From a bacterium (GTDB lineage: Bacteria; Bacillota_I; Bacilli_A; RF39; UBA660), in contig JAQXPH010000031.1 in NCBI GenBank assembly GCA_029100545.1, positions 6,267 to 70,266 of the forward strand: a stretch of 64,000 nucleotides of DNA, given 5' to 3'. Positions 47,038 through 58,035 of the stretch are shown here, one piece after another. The notes under the pieces were generated by a model. The model ran no database searches. It saw only the letters and a list, made by a program, of their open reading frames with translations, and was not told where the DNA came from. A program made the translations under genes and the position numbers. How positions within the stretch are numbered: the first letter of the stretch is position 1; the number at the start of each line of letters is the position of its first letter.

Positions 47038-47890
47038 TAATTCCTAAAATAATTATTATTATTCTTGATAAATAAAAATATTTATAATTAATATTATAGT
47101 TTTCTAAAATTAGACTTAATTGCATTTGAATACTTAAACCACAAAAACAAATTATAGTATATGCTATAATTTGTTTTAATTTAATAGAAATATTTAATAA
47201 AGAAATACTATATAACCCTTGAGTTATTTCTATAATACCTTTTAAAATTGTTGTTAATGTGTTTTGTGAATTAAAAAATATTAAATCTGTTATAGTTTTA
47301 AAGAAAATAATTATACCCATTATTTTTAATAGATTTAATAAAGTATTATTAATAATTTTAAATAATTCTTTTTTTATATTATACTTTTCATATTTTATTT
47401 CAATATTTTTAATAGATAATTTATTTCTAATAAATAAATAATAACCTATGTTTATAATATAAATTAATAACATAAGAAAAATAACTTTTTTATTATTATT
47501 TAAAATAATAAATAAACTATTATATAAAAAAAGTGGATTATTAAAACAAGTAAAAGATAGTATTATACTTGCATCTTTTTCATTTATAATATTATTATCT
47601 AAATAATTTTTAATAATTATAGCATTAATTGGAGAACCTGATAAAATTGACATAATTATTATATAAATTTCTGGTCTTTTAAAAACTTTATTTAAATAAT
47701 ATGGTAAATTACATTTAATTAGTAAATTATTTAAAATCATCATAATAAATAAAAATGGAAATACTTTTGTAATAAATAAATTAAGTGATTCATTTATTGA
47801 ATTTAGAAATAAATAATTATTTTTAAAAATTAAAAAAATTATAAAAAAAATAATTGTAATTAATAATATATTTATATTTTTTTTGTTCAT
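47021..47890 (-). CDS. YlbJ-like sporulation integral membrane protein (nucleoside-recognition-domain type)
   Basis: It is a polytopic membrane protein with the N-terminal pattern SLNLFITKVFPFLFIMMIL. It lies divergent from the ylbL-like gene, as in Bacillus. Confidence 0.5.
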   Translation of the reverse strand: MNKKNINILLITIIFFIIFLIFKNNYLFLNSINESLNLFITKVFPFLFIMMILNNLLIKCNLPYYLNKVFKRPEIYIIIMSILSGSPINAIIIKNYLDNNIINEKDASIILSFTCFNNPLFLYNSLFIILNNNKKVIFLMLLIYIINIGYYLFIRNKLSIKNIEIKYEKYNIKKELFKIINNTLLNLLKIMGIIIFFKTITDLIFFNSQNTLTTILKGIIEITQGLYSISLLNISIKLKQIIAYTIICFCGLSIQMQLSLILENYNINYKYFYLSRIIIIILGIIILLF

Positions 47891-47930
47891 AAATTTCCTA
47901 TTTTTTGCTATAATGAACTAAGGTGATAAT

Positions 47931-48938
47931 ATGTTTAATAAAATATATGAAAAATTTAAAAAATTTATCAAAGAAAATTATAAAGGTATAATATTTCTTA
48001 TTATATTTGCATTTATAGCTTTATATAAATTTCCATATGTTATTTATAAACCAGGAGGCTCAATTAACTTAAATAAACGTATTAATATTGAAGATAGTTA
48101 CAATATTAATGGAAGTTATAGTATGAATTATGTTACTGTTGTAAAAGGTAATATTCCATCTTTAATATTGGCTGCATTAATGCCAAATTGGGATATCAAA
48201 AATGAAAGTGATATAACTGGTGGCATAGATTATGATTTATCATTTAAAATTGAACAAATAGAACTTAAAAATTCTATATTTTTAGCAACTTATAATGCCT
48301 ATACAAAAGCTGGTAAAAAAATTATTATAAATGATAAAAAACATTATATAACTTATATTAGCAAAGAAAGTGATACTAACTTAAAAGTATTAGATCAAAT
48401 AGATTCTATTGATGGCAAAAAATATGAAAATTTAAAAGAATTTCAAGATTATATTAGTTCTTTAGAAATAAATGATAAAGTTAATATAACTGTTTTAGCA
48501 AATGGTAAAACAGAAAATAGATATGCAATAGTCAAAGATTTTGATGGACTTAAAAAAATAGGTATTGCTATTACAACTGATTATGATTATGAAACAACTC
48601 CTAAAATAGAAATTAAGACAAAATCATCTGAGGCGGGTTCTTCTGGAGGATTAATGCTTACTCTTGCACTATATGATGAAATAACTGAAAAAGATTTATC
48701 TCATGGCAAAAACATTATGGGAACTGGAACTATTAATGAATTTGGTGAAGTTGGAGCTATTGGTGGTGTAAAATATAAAATGCTCGGTGCAAGTAAAGAT
48801 AAAGCTGATATATTTTTTATCCCTAAAGATAATTATGAAGAAGCCCTTGAAGTATATAAAAAATTTGATTTAAAATATGATTTAGTTATGGTAGAAACAT
48901 TAGATGATGCAATAAATTATTTAAATAATTTAAATTAA
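47931..48938 (+). CDS. YlbL/SepM-like membrane-anchored PDZ plus Lon-C serine protease
   Basis: An N-terminal TM segment is followed by a PDZ-like region. The Lon-type catalytic region reads EAGSSGGLMLTLALYD...GTGTINEFGEVGAIGGVKYK. Confidence 0.7.
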   Translation: MFNKIYEKFKKFIKENYKGIIFLIIFAFIALYKFPYVIYKPGGSINLNKRINIEDSYNINGSYSMNYVTVVKGNIPSLILAALMPNWDIKNESDITGGIDYDLSFKIEQIELKNSIFLATYNAYTKAGKKIIINDKKHYITYISKESDTNLKVLDQIDSIDGKKYENLKEFQDYISSLEINDKVNITVLANGKTENRYAIVKDFDGLKKIGIAITTDYDYETTPKIEIKTKSSEAGSSGGLMLTLALYDEITEKDLSHGKNIMGTGTINEFGEVGAIGGVKYKMLGASKDKADIFFIPKDNYEEALEVYKKFDLKYDLVMVETLDDAINYLNNLN

Positions 48939-48971
48939 ATGCTATAATTAAAATAATGTTAGGGAGGTTTT

Positions 48972-49832
48972 ATGTTTACAGATGTTGAAATTTATTTAAT
49001 TAATAATTTATTTAATTATGTTAGTTTTAGTAAGAATAATACTTTTGAAGAAAAATATGAAATTTTAAAAGAAAAAATTAATAAATATTTAACAAAAGAA
49101 TATTTGGAAAGTATTTATTATGATATAGTGAATATATATGATTTAGAAAGCGAATATGAAGCCAAAAGAGTTATAAAAAATATTTTATATTATTTTTATT
49201 TAGAAAATAATAATGATAATATTGATTATTTGATTGATAAATTTTTAACTGATGAAAAATTTGGAATCAAAATGATTAAAAACTTTTATTTATCAATATT
49301 TAAAATGGAACGTATTAAAAAAAGTGAAAATAAACTAATTAATCAAAATCCTAATAAATTTAATAATATTCAATATTTAAAGCAAAAAATAGAAAGTTTA
49401 AATGATAAATTAAGAAATAGTGCACAATCATTATTTTTTATGTGTATGCATTATACAGGTAATATGTTTGAAGCATCAAAATTATTTAAAAATAGTTTAC
49501 TTAATGAATCAAAATATAATCCTGAAGATTTTATTTTTTTGAAAAATTATTATCCATATTTTGTAAAATTAATGTATACTGACTTGTATGAATATACTTT
49601 ATTTGATACAGACCCTGAAGCTAAAAATATAAATAAAATGATTTTAAATATTTTAAATAATAAAGATTTTGATTATAATAATCCTTCATTATTAAAAGAA
49701 GAATATTTATTAGTTTATATGATTGTTTTGAAAGATAGTTTGCAAAGAAAGGAAAATAGAGAAAATTTAAATGGGCAAAATTTAAAATTAGTTAAGAAAA
49801 ATAACCCATTATATATGTTTGATGAATTTTAA
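48972..49832 (+). CDS. hypothetical protein
   Basis: It is a long ORF with a GGGAGG RBS. I recognise no family. Confidence 0.5.
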   Translation: MFTDVEIYLINNLFNYVSFSKNNTFEEKYEILKEKINKYLTKEYLESIYYDIVNIYDLESEYEAKRVIKNILYYFYLENNNDNIDYLIDKFLTDEKFGIKMIKNFYLSIFKMERIKKSENKLINQNPNKFNNIQYLKQKIESLNDKLRNSAQSLFFMCMHYTGNMFEASKLFKNSLLNESKYNPEDFIFLKNYYPYFVKLMYTDLYEYTLFDTDPEAKNINKMILNILNNKDFDYNNPSLLKEEYLLVYMIVLKDSLQRKENRENLNGQNLKLVKKNNPLYMFDEF

Positions 49833-49834
49833 TT

Positions 49835-52360
49835 ATGAAAAGATGTGAAGTAGATAGAAATAAATTGAGTCCAATGATGGCTCAATATATGGAAATTAAA
49901 GATAAATATCCTGATACATTATTATTTTATCGTTTAGGAGATTTTTATGAACTTTTTTTTGAAGATGCTTTAATTGCCTCAAAAGAACTGGAGTTAACTT
50001 TAACTGGTAGAGTAGCGGGACTTGATGAAAGAGTCCCTATGTGTGGTGTTCCATATCATGCTGTAAAAAGTTATATTGAAAAAGTAGTAAATAAAGGATA
50101 TAAAGTTGCAATTTGTGAGCAACTTGAAGATCCAAGATTTACTAAAAAAATGGTAAAAAGGGGAGTTACAGATGTAATTAGTAAAGGAACAATTGCTGAT
50201 TTAGAACTTCTTGATTCTCATAATAATTCATTTGTGGCATCATTATTAGAATATCCTGATCTATATATTTTAACAATGCTTGATATTTCTACAGGTAGTT
50301 TATTAAGTAATAAAATTTTAAAAAATGTTAATACTTTAGGTAATCAAATAGTTAAATATCAAATAAAAGAAATTGTTTTAAAAGATAATACTAATGCTAA
50401 TTTAATTAATGAATTAAAAAATAAATATAATGTTGATATTGATATTTGTCCGTATGAATTAGATAAAATTAATTCATTAATTGAAAATAAACTTTCTGAT
50501 GTAAGATGTGTAATTGGTGTAAAACATTTATTTTATTTTTTAATAAACACTCAACTTAAAGATTTATCTTCAATTGAGGATATTACTATTATTAATAATC
50601 AAGATTATTTATATATGGATGATTATTGTATAAATAATTTAGAATTAGTTCAAACACAAAGAAATAAATCTCGTGAGTTTTCACTATTATGGCTTTTAGA
50701 TAAATGTAGAACTGCTATGGGAAGTAGAAAACTTAGAAATATGCTTCTTAATCCTTTAAAAGATAAAGAACTTATTAATAAACGTTATGATATGATTGAA
50801 AAATTTAATAATGAATTTATTTTAAAAGATAAACTTATTACTAATTTAAATGAAATATATGATATAGAACGATTAACAGGAAAAATTACTAATGGTAGTT
50901 TAAATGCAAGAGATTTATTACAATTAAAAAGAAGCTTAAAACCACTTCCTGAAATTAAAGAAATAATAGATAAATTAAATTTTAATATTGAAATTGATAC
51001 ATTTGAAGACATATATAATTTACTTGAAAAAGCAATATATGAAGATCCACCAATAACACTTAAAGATGGTTATTTAATTAAAGATGGCTATAATAATGAT
51101 TTAGATGATTTAAGAAATATTAAAAAAAATGGTAAAGATTATATTGCAAAATTTGAATATGAAATTAAAGAAAAAACAGGAATAAAAAATCTTAAAGTTG
51201 GTTTTAATAAAGTTTTTGGTTATTATATTGAAATAAGTAAAGGACAAGCAAAAGATGTTGCTGAAAAATTTGGCTTTGAAAGAAGACAAACATTGGCTAA
51301 TTGTGAAAGATTTATTTCAAAAGAATTAAAGGAAAAGGAAGATCTTATATTAAATGCTGAAGAAAGAATAATTGATTTAGAATATGAACTTTTTATGGAA
51401 ATTAAAAAAGAAATAAAAAAATATGTTCCAAAACTTAGAAATACATCAGATAGTTTAAGTTATATTGATGTTATGAGTAACTTAGCAAATCTAGCTGAAA
51501 ATTTAAATCTAGTAAGACCACTTATTAATGATAATCACACAATTGATATAACAAGTGGTTGGCATCCTGTTGTTAAAAATACTTTAAAAGATGAATATGT
51601 GGAAAATGATTGTAAAATGGATGAAAAAACTTCAACATTATTAATAACAGGCCCAAATATGAGTGGTAAATCAACTTATATGAGACAAATTGCTATAACA
51701 ATTATTATGGCTCAAATAGGTTCTTTTGTACCTTGTAAGAAAGCTAGCCTTCCTATTATAGATAAAATATTTACTAGAATTGGTGCATCTGATGATTTAG
51801 CTGGTGGTCAAAGTACATTTATGGTAGAAATGAGTGAAGCAAACAATGCTATAAAAAATGCCACTGAAAATAGTTTGATTTTATTTGATGAATTAGGTCG
51901 TGGTACGGCAACTTATGATGGTATGGCTCTTGCTCAAAGTATAATTGAATATATTAATGAGAATATTAAATGTAAGACTCTTTTTTCAACTCATTATCAT
52001 GAACTTACTATTTTGGATAGAAAATATAATTCAATTAAAAATGTTCATGTAGATGCATCATTAAATGGCAAAGAATTGATATTTTTGCACAAAGTAAAAA
52101 ATGGTTCAATAGATAAAAGTTATGGAGTTCATGTCGCTTTTTTAGCAGGACTTCCAGATAAATTAATTGAAAGAGCTAATGAAATATTAAATACATTAGA
52201 AAATAAGTCTAATAATAAATGCTCATCAACTCAATTATCTTTTGATTTTGATGAAAAAAAAGAAGAGAAAAAAGATTATTTAAAAGATATTGATATAAAT
52301 AATATTACACCAATTGAAGCATTAAATATTCTTTATAAAATAAAAGAAGATAATAAATAA
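49835..52360 (+). CDS. mutS: DNA mismatch repair protein MutS
   Basis: Domain I carries GDFYELFFEDA, Walker A is GPNMSGKST, and STFMVEMSE and DELGRGT are present. Confidence 0.97.
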   Translation: MKRCEVDRNKLSPMMAQYMEIKDKYPDTLLFYRLGDFYELFFEDALIASKELELTLTGRVAGLDERVPMCGVPYHAVKSYIEKVVNKGYKVAICEQLEDPRFTKKMVKRGVTDVISKGTIADLELLDSHNNSFVASLLEYPDLYILTMLDISTGSLLSNKILKNVNTLGNQIVKYQIKEIVLKDNTNANLINELKNKYNVDIDICPYELDKINSLIENKLSDVRCVIGVKHLFYFLINTQLKDLSSIEDITIINNQDYLYMDDYCINNLELVQTQRNKSREFSLLWLLDKCRTAMGSRKLRNMLLNPLKDKELINKRYDMIEKFNNEFILKDKLITNLNEIYDIERLTGKITNGSLNARDLLQLKRSLKPLPEIKEIIDKLNFNIEIDTFEDIYNLLEKAIYEDPPITLKDGYLIKDGYNNDLDDLRNIKKNGKDYIAKFEYEIKEKTGIKNLKVGFNKVFGYYIEISKGQAKDVAEKFGFERRQTLANCERFISKELKEKEDLILNAEERIIDLEYELFMEIKKEIKKYVPKLRNTSDSLSYIDVMSNLANLAENLNLVRPLINDNHTIDITSGWHPVVKNTLKDEYVENDCKMDEKTSTLLITGPNMSGKSTYMRQIAITIIMAQIGSFVPCKKASLPIIDKIFTRIGASDDLAGGQSTFMVEMSEANNAIKNATENSLILFDELGRGTATYDGMALAQSIIEYINENIKCKTLFSTHYHELTILDRKYNSIKNVHVDASLNGKELIFLHKVKNGSIDKSYGVHVAFLAGLPDKLIERANEILNTLENKSNNKCSSTQLSFDFDEKKEEKKDYLKDIDINNITPIEALNILYKIKEDNK

Positions 52361-52363
52361 TAT

Positions 52364-53566
52364 ATGTGTTATTATATTTATATGAAAGATATGAAAAAAA
52401 ATAAAACAAATAAATACAAGTTAAAAAATAATAAATTAATAATAATACTATTAATATTTTTAATTATGCTTATATATTTTATATATCCTGTTAATTTAGG
52501 TGATAAAATAGTATCTAATAAACCAAATGTAGCAAATGAAACTTCAGTTATAATAGATGATAATATTGTTTCAAAAACTATTAAAGATGATAAATATGTC
52601 TTTTTAGTTATAAATGAAAATAATAATTTAATAAGTAAGATAATTGACTATAAAACAAATAAAGAATTAAATTTTGAAGATATTTTAAAAAAAAATAAAA
52701 TGGGGGATACAAACAAAAAAATAAGTGAACTTCTTTATTATAAATATCCTACTGCTATAGCAAGTTTATTAGATAATTATGCTGAAAAAGAGTATTTATA
52801 TTATGATAGTTATATATTAATAAAATATACTTTAAGTAAAGATGTTTTAGATACAAATAGATCTTTTGATTTAAAAGTATATTACAATGAAATTAGCAAA
52901 TATTTAAATTTTGAAGTACCACCACATTCATATCAAAATGAAGATGGTTTTGAATATGATGAAAATAAGATAACAATTGTTTTTTCTTTTGATGATGGAC
53001 CAAATAATACAAAAACACAAAACATATTAAATACTTTAGAGGATTATAAAATGTCTGCAACATTTTTTATGCTTGGTAATAAATTATTAAATGATGAAGA
53101 AACAGTAAAAAAAGTTATAAACTCGCATAGTGAAGTAGGATATCATAGTTATGAACATACTTCTTTTACAAAGCAAAAAATTTCTGAAGTAAAAAATGAA
53201 TATCAAACATCTAACGAAATTTTTTATAATTTAACAAATCATTATTTTAAATATACAAGACCACCATATGGTTCATATAATGAAAAAGTTTTAGAAAGCA
53301 TTGATACTCCTTTTGTAAGATGGGATATAGATACTAATGATTGGAAATATCACGATGCTGAATATATTACAAAATATGTATTAGAAAACTATTCTAATGG
53401 CGATATAATTTTATTTCATGATTCATATGATACAACTGTTAAAGCTATTAATAAATTAGCTCCAATTTTATATAATTTAGATGTTCAAGTATTATCAATA
53501 ACTGAATATACAAAATTAAAAAATATAAATTTAGAAAATCATAAAATGTATTTTAATTTTAAATAA
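52364..53566 (+). CDS. membrane-anchored polysaccharide deacetylase (NodB homology domain)
   Basis: Motifs FSFDDGPN, HSYEH and PPYGSY are present after an N-terminal TM segment. The start is uncertain. Confidence 0.75.
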   Translation: MCYYIYMKDMKKNKTNKYKLKNNKLIIILLIFLIMLIYFIYPVNLGDKIVSNKPNVANETSVIIDDNIVSKTIKDDKYVFLVINENNNLISKIIDYKTNKELNFEDILKKNKMGDTNKKISELLYYKYPTAIASLLDNYAEKEYLYYDSYILIKYTLSKDVLDTNRSFDLKVYYNEISKYLNFEVPPHSYQNEDGFEYDENKITIVFSFDDGPNNTKTQNILNTLEDYKMSATFFMLGNKLLNDEETVKKVINSHSEVGYHSYEHTSFTKQKISEVKNEYQTSNEIFYNLTNHYFKYTRPPYGSYNEKVLESIDTPFVRWDIDTNDWKYHDAEYITKYVLENYSNGDIILFHDSYDTTVKAINKLAPILYNLDVQVLSITEYTKLKNINLENHKMYFNFK

Positions 53567-53897
53567 TACCAATTTCTTCATCATTTTGAGTTTTATATTC
53601 AATATATATTACAATTACACCTGCAATAAAAAACATTAATGATGCTGCTTCTTTTAATACGCCATATTTGTTTTGATTTATTTGTTTATAATCTGTGACT
53701 ACAAAATAAAAATATATTATTAATGCAGTTGTTAAAATTGTTAAATTTATACTTTGATATATTTTTTTACTTTTTTTATTATTAGTATATAAATAGTTTT
53801 CTTCGAAATAATTTGATATTAATGCAAATATAAAAATAAAAATATATATTAACCAAATTTTATTTTCAGTTTTTAGTGAATTTAATTTATTATTCAT
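53559..53897 (-). CDS. hypothetical small membrane protein
   Basis: It has three predicted TM segments. I recognise no family. Confidence 0.4.
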   Translation of the reverse strand: MNNKLNSLKTENKIWLIYIFIFIFALISNYFEENYLYTNNKKSKKIYQSINLTILTTALIIYFYFVVTDYKQINQNKYGVLKEAASLMFFIAGVIVIYIEYKTQNDEEIGII

Positions 53898-53919
53898 AAT
53901 AAAAAATATGTAGTAAAGT

Positions 53920-54282
53920 CTATTTTTTATTCTTTACTACATAATTATTAATTTTTTTTATTTTAATAATATGACCTGCAATTATTAAGATAATTCCAAT
54001 GATTAATATACTTATTCCATAAAACATATTTAAAAAAGTCATTTTATTTAATATATTATCTATTATTATATATATTGAAAATATAATACATATAATTGCA
54101 CAAATTAAACTATTTTGTATTTTTTTCTTAACATATTTACCTTTTTCTGTATTAAAATATTCTCTTTTTTTCTGTTTTCTTTCATCTTTGGAAAGCCTTA
54201 AATATTTAATTTTCAACTTAATCACCAAAGACATCATATCATAGAAAGAATTTTTTGTAAAATAAGTAATTATTAATTGCAA
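53920..54282 (-). CDS. hypothetical small membrane protein (start uncertain)
   Basis: A basic N-terminal region is followed by two TM segments. Confidence 0.4.
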   Translation of the reverse strand: MQLIITYFTKNSFYDMMSLVIKLKIKYLRLSKDERKQKKREYFNTEKGKYVKKKIQNSLICAIICIIFSIYIIIDNILNKMTFLNMFYGISILIIGIILIIAGHIIKIKKINNYVVKNKK

Positions 54283-54328
54283 AGCAAAATAAAATATAAT
54301 ATACTTAATATAGATAGGAGGATTATAA

Positions 54329-54883
54329 GTGAAAATATTAGTAGTTGTTTTAGTAGTTTTAGTTTTAATATGTATTATATATATTATAAGTACAAGAAAT
54401 GCCCTAGTAGTTTTAAGAAATAAGGTTAAAGATCAATTTAGTCAAATAGATATACAATTAAAAAGACGTTTTGATTTAATTCCTAATTTAGTAGAAACTG
54501 TAAAAGGGTATGCTAAACATGAAAAAACTACTTTAGAAGAAGTAATTCAAGCTAGAAACACATATTTATCTGCAGGAAATACTGAAGAAAAACTTAGTGC
54601 TGATAAAGAGTTAAATGGAGCAATTAACAAATTATTTGCTTTAGCGGAAAGTTATCCAGAATTAAAAGCAAATGAAAATTTTGTATCTTTACAAAATGAA
54701 CTAAGTGAAACAGAAAGTAAAATAACTTATGCAAGACAATTCTATAATGATTCTGTTTTAGCTTTAAATAACAAAATTGAAATGTTTCCTAGTAGTCTTG
54801 TAGCAAAAATGTTTCATTTTGAAAAAGAGAAATTCTTTGAAGCAAATGAAGAAGAAAGAAAAAACGTTGAAGTTAAGTTTTAA
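54329..54883 (+). CDS. lemA: LemA family protein
   Basis: An N-terminal TM segment is followed by the pattern YN.LV.L...V...W.QI..Q..RR.DLIPNLV and YPELKAN.NF..LQ. Confidence 0.85.
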   Translation: MKILVVVLVVLVLICIIYIISTRNALVVLRNKVKDQFSQIDIQLKRRFDLIPNLVETVKGYAKHEKTTLEEVIQARNTYLSAGNTEEKLSADKELNGAINKLFALAESYPELKANENFVSLQNELSETESKITYARQFYNDSVLALNNKIEMFPSSLVAKMFHFEKEKFFEANEEERKNVEVKF

Positions 54884-54919
54884 GGCATTTAGTTAATGCC
54901 TTTTTTAGTAAGAGGTTAT

Positions 54920-56626
54920 ATGATGAAAAAAAATTTATTTTTAATATTTTTATTATTTATTATTTTAACTCCAGTAGTGGTATTTGCCAAAAATAATATT
55001 TATTCAAAAGATGCAAAAATATATATAGATCAAAATGGTAATGCTCATTTTACTGAAACTTGGGATGTAAAAGGTGAAGATGGAACTGAGTGGTATATTC
55101 CACTTACTAATCTTGGTAAAAGCGAAATAAGTAATTTTACAGTGCAAATGGATGGTAAGTTATTAAAATTTAAAAATTGGGATATAGATGAAAGTTTGAG
55201 TGAAAAAGCAGGTTATTATGGTTATAATTACATATCAAATGGAGTTGAATTATGTTTTGGTAAAACTGACTTTGAAAGACATAAATTTGTAATTAAATAT
55301 ACCATATCAAATTTTGTATTTACAACTGATGATGCTGATGTAATAAATTGGCGAATATTTGAATATCAAAATGAAAAAACAAAATGGACAAATTTTACTG
55401 CTGAAATATCAAGTTACTATAGTTTTCCAGATACATTAGATGTATGGGGATATGGTTATAAAGGTTATGCTTATGTAAAAGATGGTATAATTCAAATGTC
55501 TAATGAAGGAGCAATGGGAACAAACTATGTAGTACTTCTTGCAAAGTTTCCTAAAGGAACATTTAATACAAATGTGTCATATAATGAGTATCAAACATTT
55601 GATGATGTTTATCAAAAAAATGAAGAAGGTACATTTGATTATGACTATGAAGAAGATAATAAAAGTTTTTTCTCTAAATTAATAAATTTTATAATTAGTG
55701 CTATAAATACATTATTATTTCCTGTAATATTTATCATTGCTATTTTTAGTTCAATTAAATCACAATACGGATATAAAAATGATAAAAAAATAAAAATAAA
55801 AGAAATTCCAATGTTTAGAGAAATACCTTGTAATAAAGATATTTATTATGCTAATACATTACTTTATTTAAATAATATTGATTATAAAGAAGCAAATATA
55901 ATCGGAGCAATTATTTTAAAATGGATTAAACAAGATAAAATTGCCTATATTAAAAAAGAAAAAAGTTTTAGTAAAGATGAATCTGTTTTAGATTTAACAA
56001 AAAATCCTACATTTGATAATGAATTTGAACAAAAATTATTTGATATAATGTATAAAGCTTCAAAAGATGGTTATTTAGAAAATAAAGAACTTGAAAAGTG
56101 GTGCAGAAATAATTATTCAAAATTCTTTGATTTATTTAAAGATAAAATTAATGATAATATTAATTTATTAACTACTGAAGGTAAGATTAGAAAAAGAATA
56201 GATAGAAAAGAATGTAAAAGTAAAAATGTAATGAGTGATGAAATATATGAAGATAGTATAAAATTATATGGATTAAAGAAATTTTTAGTAGAATTTTCTC
56301 AAATTAATACAAAAGAAACAATTGAAGTAAAATTGTGGGATGAATACTTAATGTTTGCATATTTATTTGGTATTGCAGATAAAGTATCAAAACAACTTAA
56401 AAATTTATATCCTGAATATATGGCTCAGCAATTAGAAAATAATAATTTAGATTTTGATACAATTATATTTATAAATAGTATTTCTTCACGAAGTGTAAGT
56501 GCTGCCTCAAGTGCAAGAAGTGCTGCTCAAAGTTATTCCTCTGGAGGAGGAGGATTCTCTTCTGGTGGAGGAGGTGGAGGTTCCTTCGGTGGTGGAGGAT
56601 CATCAAGTGGCGGTGGAAGCCGTTAA
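54920..56626 (+). CDS. DUF2207-like membrane protein with a Gly/Ser-rich C-terminal tail
   Basis: It is paired with lemA as is typical. It has a signal peptide, internal TM segments, and the tail SSGGGGFSSGGGGGGSFGGGGSSSGGGSR. Confidence 0.7.
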   Translation: MMKKNLFLIFLLFIILTPVVVFAKNNIYSKDAKIYIDQNGNAHFTETWDVKGEDGTEWYIPLTNLGKSEISNFTVQMDGKLLKFKNWDIDESLSEKAGYYGYNYISNGVELCFGKTDFERHKFVIKYTISNFVFTTDDADVINWRIFEYQNEKTKWTNFTAEISSYYSFPDTLDVWGYGYKGYAYVKDGIIQMSNEGAMGTNYVVLLAKFPKGTFNTNVSYNEYQTFDDVYQKNEEGTFDYDYEEDNKSFFSKLINFIISAINTLLFPVIFIIAIFSSIKSQYGYKNDKKIKIKEIPMFREIPCNKDIYYANTLLYLNNIDYKEANIIGAIILKWIKQDKIAYIKKEKSFSKDESVLDLTKNPTFDNEFEQKLFDIMYKASKDGYLENKELEKWCRNNYSKFFDLFKDKINDNINLLTTEGKIRKRIDRKECKSKNVMSDEIYEDSIKLYGLKKFLVEFSQINTKETIEVKLWDEYLMFAYLFGIADKVSKQLKNLYPEYMAQQLENNNLDFDTIIFINSISSRSVSAASSARSAAQSYSSGGGGFSSGGGGGGSFGGGGSSSGGGSR

Positions 56627-56714
56627 AAAATGCAAAAAGTGCAAAAAGTGCACTTTTTTTATTTATTTTTTTAAAAATTGTGGTATACTTAAATAGTATT
56701 TAGAAAAAAGTTTT

Positions 56715-56790
56715 GTCTCCTTAGCTCAGTTGGTAGAGCAACTGACTCTTAATCAGTGGGTCTAGGGTTCGAATCCCTAAGGGGACACCA
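56715..56790 (+). tRNA. tRNA-Lys (anticodon CTT), CCA encoded
   Basis: The acceptor is gtctcct/aggggac, the anticodon stem is actga/tcagt, the loop is ctCTTaa, and the T arm is taggg-ttcgaat-cccta. Confidence 0.9.
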
Positions 56791-56851
56791 TTTTAAAAAT
56801 TAGTTCTTTTTAGAACTTTTTTTATTATTAAAAAAAGACCCACTTTGGTCT

Positions 56852-57490
56852 TTAACAATCAGATGAAGCATCTAAAAAGTAAATAGGTCTTCCTTCTTTT
56901 TGATATTGTTTTTCATAGTTTGTCATGATATTTTCAATATGTCGTTCATCATGATGTAAATCTAATGAGACTTTATTAAATGTATACCAATATTTTGATA
57001 AACTTTCTAAAGAATAGGCAAAAAAGCCTTTATTATCAGTTTTTAAAATTATATGTTTATTTTTTTTAAATATTTTATCATATATTCTTAAATAATTTTC
57101 ATGAGTAAATCTTCTTTTTTCATCTTGTTTTTTAGGCCATGGATCGCAAAATGTTAAATAAATTGTATCAATTTCTTTAAGAAAAATATTACCAATTTCC
57201 TTAGCATCAATATTAATTAGTTTTAAATTTGGAAGGTTAAGATTAATTAATTTATTAACTGCCATAACCATTTGAGAATCTACAATTTCAAGTCCTATAA
57301 AGTTAATATTAGGATATTTTTTAGCCATATCTATTATAAAATCACCTCTACCCATACCAAGTTCTAAATGAATAGGGTTATTATTACCAAATAATTCATG
57401 CCACTTTTTTTGATAGTCAAATGGTTTTTTTACAAGATAAGAGCTTCCTTTAACAATTTTATCTGCATTTTTAATTACTTTATATTGCAT
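56852..57490 (-). CDS. trmB: tRNA (guanine-N7)-methyltransferase
   Basis: The SAM-binding motif is LELGMGRGDF, and FCDPWPKK is present. The start was chosen at the ATG after the GGGAAGTGA RBS; the ORF is open to 57529. Confidence 0.88.
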   Translation of the reverse strand: MQYKVIKNADKIVKGSSYLVKKPFDYQKKWHELFGNNNPIHLELGMGRGDFIIDMAKKYPNINFIGLEIVDSQMVMAVNKLINLNLPNLKLINIDAKEIGNIFLKEIDTIYLTFCDPWPKKQDEKRRFTHENYLRIYDKIFKKNKHIILKTDNKGFFAYSLESLSKYWYTFNKVSLDLHHDERHIENIMTNYEKQYQKEGRPIYFLDASSDC

Positions 57491-57597
57491 AATTTTCACT
57501 TCCCATTTATTATTATAATAAAAATGCAAGATTTAAGCAATAAAGTTACTATTTATTTACAAATTTAATAAAAAATTAGATTTTTTTAAAAAAATAG

Positions 57598-57626
57598 TTG
57601 CATTTATGATAAAAATAAGGTAAAAT
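57598..57626 (+). promoter_or_regulatory. candidate promoter for the tRNA-Ile/tRNA-Glu pair
   Basis: The sequence reads TTGCAT-17 nt-TAAAAT, about 25 nt upstream of tRNA-Ile. Confidence 0.45.
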
Positions 57627-57651
57627 TAAAAAGTACGTAAAAAGTTTACGT

Positions 57652-57728
<77 letters not shown>

Positions 57729-57733
57729 TTAAT

Positions 57734-57810
57734 GGCCCGTTGGTGAAGCGGTTTAACACACATGCCTTTCACGCATGGACTCATGGGTTCAAATCCCGTA
57801 CGGGTCACCA
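57734..57810 (+). tRNA. tRNA-Glu (anticodon TTC), CCA encoded
   Basis: The acceptor is ggcccgt/acgggtc, the anticodon stem is catgc/gcatg, and the loop is ctTTCac. Confidence 0.88.
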
Positions 57811-57896
57811 AATTAAAAACTACTCAGTTAATCTGAGTTTTTTTGTGCTTTATTTTTTTACAAAAAAAAATCCATTAATGGATTTAATATATAAAA

Positions 57897-57987
57897 TGGC
57901 GGAGCAGGAGAGATTTGAACTCTCGCACCAGTTACCCGGTCTACACCCTTAGCAGGGGCGCCTCTTCAGCCTCTTGAGTACTACTCC
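57897..57987 (-). tRNA. tRNA-Ser (anticodon GCT), long variable arm, CCA encoded
   Basis: The minus strand reads ggagtag...cgccc-ctGCTaa-gggtg-long variable arm-gcgagagttcaaatctctc-ctgctcc-g-cca. Confidence 0.88.
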
Positions 57988-58035
57988 ATACCAAGCTACT
58001 TATTAATTTTACTATAAAAGTAGCCGTTTTGTCAA

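Noticed and set aside
57740-57952. 70-aa plus-strand ORF
   Set aside because: It is made up entirely of tRNA-Glu, its terminator and the antisense of tRNA-Ser. It is not a gene.
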